Of a stretch of DNA of 20,000 nucleotides, positions 1-10,171 are shown one piece after another. This DNA is from Saprolegnia diclina VS20. Its lineage: Eukaryota. The notes under the pieces were generated by a model. That model was given only the letters and a program-made list of their open reading frames with translations, was not told where the DNA came from and ran no database searches. Each line of letters starts with the position of its first letter. Within the stretch, counting starts at the first letter, position 1. Location: NCBI RefSeq assembly GCF_000281045.1, contig NW_008246085.1:658754-678753 (forward strand). The letters are read 5' to 3'. Made by a program: the position numbers and the translations under genes.

Positions 1-123
1 CGCCATTCGTCCAGCGATGGTCTTCTCCGCCCGTAGGTCCTCTGGCTGCTGTTGGTGCAATGTGGCCACTTGCCCATTTACCTTCTGGAGCCAACGACGA
101 CACTTGCGTCGTACTGCCTTTGA

Positions 124-333
124 ATGTTCTGGCACCGCCTCCAAGCCTTCTTCCACGCCAAGTTTAGCGCAGTGCGATCCACGAGCGCCAGCGTCCCGTC
201 GAGCGACGTCCGCCAACTGTACGTCTTTTCGCCGCAAGCGCTTTCGCGAAGCCGATCCTGCGGCATGTACACGGACATGAACACACCCGCGAACAAGGCG
301 GCCTGCTACGCCGAGCTCACACGCGGCTTTTGA
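124..333 (+). CDS. Probable 3'-terminal exon(s) of an unidentified gene entering from the left
   Basis: Codons are strongly G/C-ending (gcc ttc ttc cac gcc aag ... gcc gag ctc). The TGA at 331-333 is followed by an AT-rich tract (~350-395) like the 3' ends of other genes here. The upstream exon structure and product could not be resolved. Confidence 0.45.
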   Translation: MFWHRLQAFFHAKFSAVRSTSASVPSSDVRQLYVFSPQALSRSRSCGMYTDMNTPANKAACYAELTRGF

Positions 334-1106
334 CAAACTGTACAACATCTCGGACAACTAAGAACAACAAATATTATATATATATTGTAGATTATCGATG
401 TGATTGCGTTCTCTCCGGGCAAGAAGAGAAATCGAGAAACGATCGAGACTTGAAGTGCCACCGCGGAGTTTCGAGAGAGGATACCGGTACATGAATGCTC
501 AATGCTCCGAGGTTGAAGAAGCCACGGACAGGACGACGGCGGCCACTGGCAGGATGCATGCCGACGTGGGTTACGTCAGCGGCCCGTCCGCGCAGCTCAA
601 GGAACCCGCACTCATCCACGCCACGACATGTCCCGCGTATTTTCCACGCGCGAGTCACTCGGCGTCTACAGACGTGGGAAATGATATACAAACACCAAGT
701 TACTCGCTCCTACGACCGAGTGGCTTTTGGCGTTTTACACACCTGGTCGCGCGAAACCTGAGGTTCGCGCACCTGTGGGATGCACAATCGTGTGCGATGA
801 GCACTGTTTGCGGTGGACGCACCCAGCTCGTGCTCAAGGTGGCAGCAAGCGTCCAGAGCGCACAAGCTCGTTGCCATAGTACCGGTACCTCGGTATCTCG
901 GTATCAGCGCGCTGCCTCGGTGCGACTACGGTCTGTCGACGGCGCTGATCGCTTGGCTTCCGCAGCTGCGGCGCTTCAACAAAAGCAAAGATCCAGACGC
1001 GCCAATCCTGGCTGCGCATCAAAAACGTGCCGCTCGGTCCAAGCTCCAAGTGCCCAGCTGGTTTCGGTGGCCGCGACTGCACATCCCATTTTGACCCGTC
1101 GCAGCC

Positions 1107-2590
1107 ATGCGCGAGCCGCTCGCGAGCACCGTCCACGTCGTCATCGTCGTCTTCAGCTGCTCGATCCACGTCTCCGTGCCCATCGCGGTCCTTGTCACCG
1201 CCGTCGCCGCTGCGCTGCGCATCCTCTGGCTGCATCAACAGCACGCGCTCAAGGTCGTCAACGAGAGCGAAGGCGACGACGAGACGTCCGCGCCGCTCGC
1301 TCTCAAGACGGACGGCCCGTCGGCCGAGGCCAAGCCGCCGCGCGCACTGCACGGCGCCCGCGTCGCGTTCACAGGCATTGCGCTCGGGGCGGACGCGATG
1401 GCCCAAGACAAGAAGCGCATGTACTACACGCTCGAGGTCGCGCCCTTTGACGGCGGCGCGCCGTGGACACTGCACCGAAGCTACCGCGACTTCCGGGCGC
1501 TGCGGTCGACGCTTCTCGCGACGTCGCTGTACTTTCAGCACCTGAGCTTTCCGCCACGCTCGCCGCTCGGCCACGCGTTCGTGAACCACACCAAGCGCAG
1601 TCAAGGCCTCTTGGCCTTCGTCACGTACATTGTGCAGCACGAAGTGCTCTCGCAACTGCCTTCAGTGATCGCGTTCTTTGCCGTACCCGAGGTCGCACCG
1701 CTGGCGCTCTACGTACCGCACCCGCACGAGCGTGACGGCGGCGACCAAGACCGCCTTCCCAACGAGCAGCGGGCGATGGTAGCCCAACTGCAGCAGCAGC
1801 TTGACCACGATGAGCTCTTTAGCTGCCCCATCATGCTCGCGCGCCACCTCCAAGCCACATCGTGGAGCCTTCCGGAAGCGCAAGCCCGTGTCCAGTCGAT
1901 CGTCGCGTACGACTAAACCCGTCCTCTGCGTAGCTCATAGTCGAATTCTCTAGGTGGCGTGCGGCCAACGTCCCTCCGAGCTTTGACATGGACGTGCTCG
2001 CGACGGAGCTTGCGACCGGGAAGCTGTATGTCGCCGATTTTCTCGCCGCCGACAACAGCGCGCTCGCGATCGTCAAGCTCTACAAGGAGAACACGTGGTC
2101 CGCCGAGCACTATGTCTCCAACATCAAGTACACGATCGGTACGACCGACTACAGCTCGCTATCGACTAACTATTGTGGTCTAGAGCACGGTCTGCGCCGC
2201 GTCTCGCCGGCGCACAAGATGCTGGTCGTGATTGACTTTACCAACTACTCGCTGACGTACTGCCCGGACATGAGTGCGTTCCAGGACTTTGTGCACATGG
2301 TCGAAAAGTACTACATCGAGCACCTCGGCGCCATCTACCTCGTGGACCTCCCGTGGCTCTACGCCAAGATGCTGCACATGATCAAGCCGCTCCTCAACGC
2401 CACGACAAGTACGCCGATCTTAGTTTCAAGTTGATACCAAGGTGACATCGTAGGAAGCAAGCTCACGATGGTCAAGTCGAGCAACCTCAAGAGCCTCGCA
2501 GCGGTGCTCTCAACGACCGACCTCTTGCGCCATGTTGGGCCAGCACCGACATTTGAGCTGGACGTCGCCACGTACCTCAAGCCTTTCTAA
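1107..2590 (+). CDS. N-terminal hydrophobic/TM segment + PX domain + CRAL-TRIO (Sec14-like) lipid-binding protein; 4 exons (1107-1906, 1954-2138, 2184-2408, 2454-2590)
   Basis: PX-like segment YYTLEV...WTLHRSYRDFRALRSTL...LSFPPR...RSQGLLAFVTYIVQHEVLSQLPSVIAFF. After the GT-AG intron 1907-1953 the frame continues as IVAWRAANVPPSFDMDVLATELATGKLYV, a CRAL-TRIO N-type motif. The Sec14-like core is MLVVIDFTNYSL...HMVEKYYIEHLGAIYLVDLPWLYAKMLHMIKPLLNATT. Introns 2139-2183 (ctaac branch site) and 2409-2453 keep the frame to TAA at 2588-2590. Confidence 0.8.
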
Positions 2591-2808
2591 GAACTTACTA
2601 CCGGTTTGCTATTTAACTTTACGTTTCTGCACGTCCTCAGAATCGACGCCAGCGACAGGCGCGGATCAGAACCAGATGTGGCGCATCCGATATCCCGCAA
2701 TCAAAGCACTGCAGTTTACCGGTAGATTGACGAGAAGCATAAGTGTACATAGTTGTCTTAGTTGTTATTAGCAGTAATTGGGTGCCATCTTGTTAAATAC
2801 GGGAAAAT

Positions 2809-5800
2809 CTAGTTGAAAAAGTAGGGACTCTCCAGCACCTCCTTGAGGTCGAGCTCGCCGACGCCGGGCACGGGCGGGAACTGCTGGCGCGGGAAGCGCA
2901 TGACGAGCTGGTCCCGGAGTTCTTGCAGCAGCGGCTGCGAGTAGAGCGTCACAAACTCTTGGCGCAGGCGCTCGTTCATGCGGTCGACCGAGCACGCGTG
3001 GGTCCAGTACGAGTCGTGGACGGCGGCAAACTCGAGCTTGTCCTCGCCAATGACCTTGAGCGACGTCATCATCATGTGGGTCGAGTCGAGCGAGTGCACA
3101 TAGTTGGGCGGGAACGCCGACTTTTGCCGGCCGACGCTCACGCGCTTCGAGTCGTTGTCCGTGATGATGACATGCTGCATCGACGTGCGGACCTGCTTGG
3201 AGCTCTGGACGCGGTAGGGCTGCGTCACGGGGAGGCCGAGCGGCGTGATCCAGCTCATCATCTGGCCTTCGTTCGCGACAAGCTCCGTGCACTTGGAGAG
3301 CCACTCCATGATGAGACGCGCCGACGTGAAGAGATCGCCCATCGACTGCATAGTGAGCTCGGCGGCGTAGTTGGCGGCATGGTAGATCTGCTCTTCGAGC
3401 TCTTCATTCATGCCGCGGCCCTCCATGAGGAACACCTCTTCGAGACGCGCTTGGATCTGGCGACGCGCGCCAATGTACGTCACGCCGTAGACCGACGTCA
3501 TGACGGTCTGCTTGACGACCTTGCGCGTGATCGCCTTGAGGAGCAAGTTGGCGTACTCGTGGCGGCGCTTGAGCTCAAACTCCTTGGCCTTGGCGAGACG
3601 CACGAGCGTCTCCTCCTTCGTGAGCGCCTTCTTCGGCACGTACGACGACCGGCGCGACTTGGCCACCGCGCCCGTCGTCTGCTCCTCGTACCACGTCTTT
3701 TCAAAGGACGGGCGCAGATCCTCAATGATCTCGTCGAGTGACGGGACCGCTTGCACCGAGTCGTGCTCCATGCGCTGGATGACGCGCGCTGCGACGCCCG
3801 AGTAGACGTCCTGCGGCTTGTCCGAAGGCACGAGGTTGACCTGCTCGCCACCACCCTGGTCGCGACCGAGCGCGGCGTAGTGCTGGAGCCCGTTGCACGA
3901 CCCGTCTTGATGCACGGGCACGTTGCAGAGGTACTCTTCCGGGTTGGGGTGCTGGACAGCCTTGGCGAGCTCAAAGACGACGCCAAGGGCCAAGAACGGC
4001 GCTTCGGCGTCCTGCCACCACTTGGAGTCGGGGTCGTCGCCCAGCGGGTTGGCGGCCGACGCAAGGATCTGCGGCATGTGGTCCGTGGCAAATTGTTCGC
4101 GGTCGTCAAACGAGCACTTGTCGATGCCGTAGAGGTTGGCGAGGTGGATCTTGAGCCAGCGCAGCCCGCCGGGGCCGAGCGGCTTCTTGTCCTTGAAGAC
4201 GAGGAGCGACCGCGACATGTCCGAGCCGAGGTGGTTCAAGTTGGGCGGGATCGGGTACACGCGGCCGCGGAAGTCCATGTTGTACGGGAAGTAGATGGCT
4301 TCTTCGTGCTGAAATTCTTCCGCGACCTGCAGCTTGTAGATTGTGTCGCAGCGCAGCGAGTGGAACTCCCGGTTCTTCTTGACAATCTATCGCAAATTTC
4401 ATTGTGAGCATTGGATCCAAACTCAAAATCAGAAAATAAGAAGAAAACATGTGGGTCGACGGCCGCAAGTCGCAGTCCAAGGGAAATGGAAGTGACAAGC
4501 ACGGCCGTCCAGCGCTTGCTGTAGCATGCAGTTTGAACCCTCGTGCCAGTGGGAGTTGGCCGGCAGAGGGCTTGATTCTGATGCGAGAAATAGACTAAGT
4601 ACGCACCTTGGCCAGCGTCTTCTTGTACGTGTCCATGTCGGCGTTGTAGCGGGCGAGGCGGTCGGCGTCGTCAGCAATCATCTGGTAGTCTTCGACGGCC
4701 GGCTCCACCGGCAGCGAAAGGTCGTCGCGCGGCGGCAAGTCGCCAAAGCCGCCGCCGTTGTTCCAGAGCGTCATGACCACGTTCAGCACATCGCGGTTGA
4801 TGACCCACGGAATGTCGGCGAGCATGTTGAGCGACTGGACGACCGGGTCCATCTCGCCGCGCTTGGCGCACTGCAGCTGCCAGCGCGAGTCGCGGTGCCG
4901 CATGATGGTGGTCGGCAGCGTGAGGTAGCCGCCGTTGGCGACGCCGTTCCACGGACGCGGCGGCACGACCATCGGGAGGTACCGGGCGCACCACGGCAGG
5001 AAGACGTCGCCGCTCATGACCTTCTGGTGCACTTCCGGCGAGCAGCGGATGATGCCGTACCGGCGGTTCTTCTCAAAGCGGACCGTGTGCTCGAAGGCTT
5101 TGACGCGCTTGGGTGGCTCCGGGCCGTCTTCGCGGAGGTGCGAAAGCCCCGACTCGGTCGGAGCCGGAACGTCTTCGTAGCAGTTCTTCTCGAGGAGATC
5201 GAGGAGCGCTGACCCGAGCTTGAGCTGGAGCTCCTTGGGCCAGTCGCCCACCGTGTCAAAGTACTCGAGCGCGCGGGCGCGGATGTTGGCGCGCTTGTTG
5301 TCCTGAAAGATGCGCGTGTAGTTGCGCTCGAAGGCCGGGACGGACGAGCGCGACTTCTGCTTCTCCTTGCTGATCTCCTCTTGGATCTCGCGGCCAAGCG
5401 CGAGCGTGATCTTGACAAACTTGACGCCGTCGGCTTCTATGAGCACGTGGTTGAGCACGGTCGAGATGACGATGCGCGCGAGCTTCTCGGGTGCAATCAG
5501 GTAGAGCACTGGGCCGTAGATCGCGCGGTCGATCGCGGTTGCGTCGCGGTTGTTGTCCGAGACCTCGGCGATCTCGTCGAGAATCGCTTCGGTGAGCGCA
5601 CTGCCCCACTTGTTGATGTACGACTTGGCCGAGCTGATCTCGCTACCCTTCTGTAGAGAGACGACGCTCGCCGTGGTGTTGTTGTTGGTCTCGACCGACA
5701 TTTCGTAGATGGCTTGCTCGAGGCGCAGCTGCTTGGCGTACAGCTCGCGGATTTCATGCGCGGACTTGCCCTTGAGGGACATGGCTTCAGCCGGAATCTC

Positions 5801-6241
5801 AAAGCCGTCGAGCCAGCGAGTGATCTCTTCCGGCGACATCGCGCCGAGGCGGTGGCTCTCATCCTTGGCGGGCGGTGTGTACAGAGGAATGGTCGGCTCG
5901 TCCGGAAGAAGCGTAGGGTCCCAGACAGCCGTGTTTTGACGCGGCCGCTTGTATCGATGCGGCATGGGCGTGACCGAGAGCGAGCGCTCGAACCAGTCGG
6001 CCTTTTCGAGGGGCATGTGCTTGGAGAGGTGGTCGTCGAGGCTCTCGTCGTCGCTCTCGTCGTCGTCGTCTAGTCGCTGCATGGCCGGGATCGACGACTT
6101 CATGCGGTGCTGCGGAAGGCTGTGACGAAGGAGCTGCTGCTGCTGCTGCCAGCGCGGGAGCAGCGCGGGCGAGCGCGATGCCAGGCCCGTCGGCTTGGCG
6201 GAGCTCAGCCATCGGCGGACGTGGAGTCGCGCGGCCTGCAT
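2809..6241 (-). CDS. POLRMT: Single-subunit T3/T7 phage-type mitochondrial DNA-directed RNA polymerase; 2 exons (6241-4607, 4386-2809)
   Basis: Conserved motifs DFRGRVYP, HQDGSCNGLQHYAAL (motif A), RKVVKQTVMTSVYGVT (motif B), WITPLGLPVTQPY, FPPNYVHSLD, AAVHDSYWTHA (motif C) and C-terminal SPYFFN. The phase-0 intron 4606-4387 (gtgcgt...gatag) joins TLAK to IVKKNREFHSLRCD. The N-terminus MQAARLHVRRWLSSAK is Arg/Ser/Leu-rich and lacks acidic residues, like a mitochondrial presequence. An in-frame upstream ATG exists at 6397. Confidence 0.96.
4447..4585 (-). ncRNA. Candidate intronic box H/ACA snoRNA inside the mitochondrial RNA polymerase intron
   Basis: On the minus strand: hairpin 1 has lower stem GCATCAG/CTG(C)ATGC, an internal pocket, and upper stem GCCCTC-TGCCGG/CTGGCA-C-GAGGGT. 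It is followed by an H box ACAGCA (ANANNA, plus-strand 4517-4522). Hairpin 2 is closed by GACGGCCG/CGGCCGTC. An ACA (plus 4450-4452) is followed by 3 nt and a U-rich tract. Length is ~138 nt. Confidence 0.7.
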
Positions 6242-7046
6242 CTTGGCTTGCAGTCGATCCAAAGCAAAAATGGGATTGCAATCGGCCTCGGTTAATTTTG
6301 GCCAATCAACGCGCACGGCGTCTCCCGGGCTCTGAGTGGAGGGGAACCTATCTCTTCTAAATCCTGGATCGAGCTGCGTACTTTGTCGGGGCGCCATACT
6401 TTAGTGTTGATTTCCTATGCGCACTTTATAGGACACATCGCACATAAACGTGCCACTGAAAAAGAATGCAAACGACTAACAAATCCTTTGCAATCGACTA
6501 AACTGCAAGAAGCGTCGCGCTCCTCCGTGTCTGCGATCACCTGCAACCGACTAAGATCTAGTCGCAACTCATCAGTACAGCGAAAATACTTGCCTTCTCG
6601 CAGTCGCAAACAGGTTGGGCTAGCACCCACCACAAACGGTCGCCTTCGGTGATGTTCGTAGGGCTGGAGCGACCAAGCGCAAGAAGATGCGCCAGCAACG
6701 GCCGCGAGAAGCGCAAGGTCGTCCTTGCGTGAGGCACGACTGATATTCTTTGTGGCATCTTGCAACGGCCGTGGGGCGCGGCCCATTTTATAGTCGAAAT
6801 TCGAAGTTTGTGCCACGACTAAACATCCGCACCGAACGCCAGCGAAGGGGTCTGGGCAGCTGGTGGCCGCGACGAGCCAAGTGCCTGGGACATGCCCGCC
6901 CTTCGACGTTAACGTCAAGGACGATAGTCCCCAGATGATAATGACAACCTGTGCATTTCACATGGAGCGCCGCTTTCTGTATCGGTTCGTGATGAAACCG
7001 TCCGGTTAGCCAGTGGTTGCAGTTGCATGCGTTTGGGACAGGCAGC

Positions 7047-9389
7047 ATGGGCGACCGATCGCTGAATGATCTCGTCCATGACGTTCAGCGCGTACGCCCC
7101 GGTTGAGTTGCAGGATCTACTAACTGCCTGTACGACTACTGTAGATTGCGCTTCTAGCGCCGTGGACACACATCGATGTCGCCAACACGATGCTCTGCCG
7201 CGAGTCCGACGTGTACGACTCCGTTTGCCCATCGCAGAGCTCAGCGCTTCGCCTAGAATCTGGAATGAGCCGCTGCGCGCTGAGCTCTCGCGAGAGATTG
7301 CTTTGCTCTATGCCGGCTTGCTACAGAAGCACCGGTCCATGAACGTCCACAGTATGATCTCGACTGCTGCCAACGAGACGCGGCTCCACGGACGGCTCCT
7401 CGTCGAAGTCAAGCGCCGCGTCTTCGTGCCCGAGACGCTCGAGCGCGTACACAGATCTTACGAGTGCGCTGCAGTCAGCAGTCGCTCCTAGGTCAAAGCG
7501 CAGGCCGCCAAGCCCCCTCCTTCGCACACGACACCAAAGGAATTGGACTCGGGGCTGCACTTTCGCCGCCGCCGACCGACGCCACCGACCGAGACCACCG
7601 ACGACAACACCGAGGCGTGCGTAGCCAAACCGCATCGACAGAGCTCCATGATGAGCCCCAAGAAGATGTCGCTGCCGTCGGTGCGGTCGGCGTTGGTGCT
7701 CTCGACGGCGCCCGAGCTCTCCAACCAAGCGCCGTCACCGCTCAAGGCCAAGGACGGTGCGTCGACTGGCTGTTGGGTGTATTTACTCCGCGACGATAGC
7801 TAGATGGTGTCAACGACAAGCTTACGTCGTCCGTTCGCTTTGTGCAGTTTGCCAAGACGCGCGTGGACCTGCGCGATTTGCTGCAGATGACGGCGACGAC
7901 GGAGCTCCCCGTGACGCACTTCCGTGACCGACCAGTTCTCGCGTCAGCCATACTTGACGCGGGCGTGCCTCTGCCGAAGCGCACTCCGTCGATGATGCCT
8001 CGTACGACAGAGCACTCTGTAGCTGCACTCTTCCCTTGGTGTAGCGCCTCGTCCGCGGTACCTCTATGCCGAGAACAGCGCTGCGCTGCCCCACACCAAG
8101 CCTATCTTTGACGACTACGTCGTGCCCAAGGAGGTCTGGGACGCCGTCGAGGCCGAACGATCACTCCAGAGCATCAAGGTCGACGCGAGCAGCAACTTTG
8201 AACCGCTGCCGCAAGACGACCTGCCACTGGTAGCGATCGATCTACTACTCGTACTGTACGTGGTGGGCGGTAGGACGTGTATTTTGCGCGCGAGTGTCCA
8301 CAGGAGCGCGATATGATCTCCAAGGCGCTCGCGACGCTGAGCATTCGCCCGGAGAAGCGAGTCGAGCGGTCGCTCACAGCGGTGTACATGGACGAAAGCC
8401 TCGTGGGCACGAGCAACGACGTGCTCTTGCCCGAGGTTCGCCGGCTCTTCGACGCCGCGAGCGGCCAGTACCACGAGCTGCGCGCGCACATGCTTCGCAG
8501 CGTCAAGATGTCGGCGCTAGTCGATCTCGCGCTCAAGTGCAATCTGTGCGACCTCGCGATGGAGACGCCGACGCGCGTCACGTCGGCCGACCCGCGCGTT
8601 GAGATCCCCAAGAGCCTCCAGCCACCGCCAAAAGCTGCGCGTGGACGAAGCCGCGAGGCAATCTCCCAACGGCGCCGCGTCATTGCAGGTAGCCAGGTTG
8701 CGGGACGAGCAGCAGACCAACGTTTTCGTGTAGAGAAGCGGTTGTCGAAGCGGGATGCCCTCGACCAACTATTCCACATGAGCGAAGTCGACCAGCGGCT
8801 TCTCACGCAGCTCGAGTTCTACGATCTTAGCGCGGACAACAACAAGGTGTTTGACCCGATCGCGCTCGAACCGCTCTTGAGGTATTCGATCGATCCACTC
8901 CTTGAGTTTCATTTTGAGCTCGCAGCGTTCGGTTTGAGACGGTGTGGCGCGGCTTGCTCCTGCACACGACGCGCCGCTTTGACCTCGCGCTCAAGTACAG
9001 CCAGCCCGAATTCTCAGCCCGGCTCCCGGACGCTGTCGTGCTCTGGGAGGTGTGTGCGTACTGGGTCGCCGAGCGCGAGACAGCGCTGGACCACGTTCGC
9101 AAGCTGCTCAAAGGTTCCGACACGAGCGCATCGGTGACTCCTGCTCAGTCGCGACGACGACCTTGACATGAGTGTTGATAGCAAGCGCATCAGCTGTACG
9201 AGCTCGTCCTGACGCTTGTCAGCTGCACGACGAAGCTCAAGAAAGCCATGGCCTTGACGCATGCGGAAGTCAACGACTTTGTGGGGTGCTCCAGCGATGC
9301 ATATGAACTCATGGACGCTCGACTAGATCGCGTACGAAGACGAGTTTTACCTCCACCGCCTCGTCCACCAGCACCAGCAGCTCGAGTAG
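7047..9389 (+). CDS. Multi-exon CCDC87-like coiled-coil protein (start uncertain; may extend to ATG 6962)
   Basis: A chain of frame-compatible 43-53 nt GT-AG introns (7092-7144, 7213-7256, 7447-7491, 7757-7803, 8002-8044, 8230-8273, possibly 8689-8733, 8882-8925, 9134-9181, 9281-9326) joins the listed ORF fragments. The C-terminal region RFETVWRGLLLHTTRRFDLALKYSQPEF...AVVLWEVCAYWVAERETALDHV...EVNDFIAYEDEFYLHRL resembles, from memory, the CCDC87 C-terminal pattern (LE.iW..L......D.aiKYS.....L..aV..WE......i..RE). Confidence 0.6.
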
Positions 9390-9553
9390 TGTCACTCTCT
9401 TTGCATATCAAGTAACAGGATGTAGGCGCGACCTGCCAACGCATTCGCTGTGGCATGACCCCAACCACCCGTCGACACCGACAACGACCAGTGTTTAGTA
9501 GGCGTTCTAGTATATATTAGTGTATAGTCATAGGAGTCCAAGTCTAGACATTA

Positions 9554-10171
9554 TTACTCCGAGTCGGAGGAGCTCGAGCTCGTCTTGGCCTCCTTCTTGG
9601 TCTTCTTAGCTTCCTTCTTGGCCTTCTTGGCGGCCTTCTTAGCCTTCTTGGCAGCCTTCTCTTCGTTGTCATCGACGACGCCCTTGGTCTGGAGCGCGTC
9701 GCGCATGAGCTTGCCCTTGCACGAGCCATACGCACGACGCCCAAAGAGCTTGCCGCCCGTCGCCGCGAAAAGCTGCTCGTCCGTCGGCACGTCCATCTCG
9801 GCCCGCGACCGCTTCTTGGCCTTCTTGGCCTTCTTGGCCTTCTTCTTGCCATCGTTGTCGTCGTCGTCGCTGGCGTCGACAACGATCTTGCTCGCCATCT
9901 TGTTGTAGACGTTGTACCACCACTGGTTTGACACCTCTTCGGTCTTGGCGGCCTCGGTACCAACGCCCGAGTTCTCTTCGCGCCGCTTGACCTTGATGTG
10001 GGTCGCGATACCTTGCTCTTCCTTCCCGAGACCCTTGCCTTGGGTCCAGCCCATCTTGGCCATCTGCTTCTTCGCGAACGACGAGACCTCCGAGGCCGCC
10101 GACTCGTTGGCCATGCCGCCAAGCTGCGCGAGGAACTTCTTCCCGACGATCGGAACCGTGACGACCGACAT
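9554..10171 (-). CDS. GPATCH4: G-patch domain protein, GPATCH4/Tma23/PinX1-like nucleolar helicase cofactor
   Basis: G-patch SSFAKKQMAKMGWTQGKGLGKEEQGIATHIKVKRREENSGVG, then QWWYNVYNK and PTDEQLFAATGG...GKLMR motifs resembling the GPATCH4 family. Lys/Ala-rich (KKA)n tracts. Single exon, 205 aa. Confidence 0.85.
   Translation of the reverse strand: MSVVTVPIVGKKFLAQLGGMANESAASEVSSFAKKQMAKMGWTQGKGLGKEEQGIATHIKVKRREENSGVGTEAAKTEEVSNQWWYNVYNKMASKIVVDASDDDDNDGKKKAKKAKKAKKRSRAEMDVPTDEQLFAATGGKLFGRRAYGSCKGKLMRDALQTKGVVDDNEEKAAKKAKKAAKKAKKEAKKTKKEAKTSSSSSDSE

Noticed and set aside
883..906. Three imperfect 8-bp tandem units (CGGTACCT CGGTATCT CGGTATCA)
   Set aside because: Short and degenerate; compatible with slippage or chance.
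404..1450. 348-aa + strand ORF
   Set aside because: Starts at a non-ATG codon, lacks coding bias in its 5' half, and overlaps the PX gene out of frame with an Arg-rich low-information translation.
2809..6241. T7-like RNA polymerase as evidence of a prophage, virus or linear plasmid
   Set aside because: It has a spliceosomal intron, a mitochondrial presequence-like N-terminus, host codon bias and housekeeping neighbours. It is the ordinary nuclear-encoded mitochondrial enzyme.
6467..6554. Repeat-spacer pattern as a CRISPR-like array
   Set aside because: The repeats are only 13 bp, the spacers irregular (9 and 40 nt), the context eukaryotic, and no cas genes are present. Retained only as a possible regulatory motif cluster.
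6415..6918. 167-aa minus-strand ORF in the divergent intergenic region
   Set aside because: No codon bias and no recognisable domain; more likely promoter or repeat DNA.
9585..9850. Repeated (GCCTTCTTG)n tracts
   Set aside because: They simply encode the KKA repeats of the G-patch protein and are not an independent repeat element.
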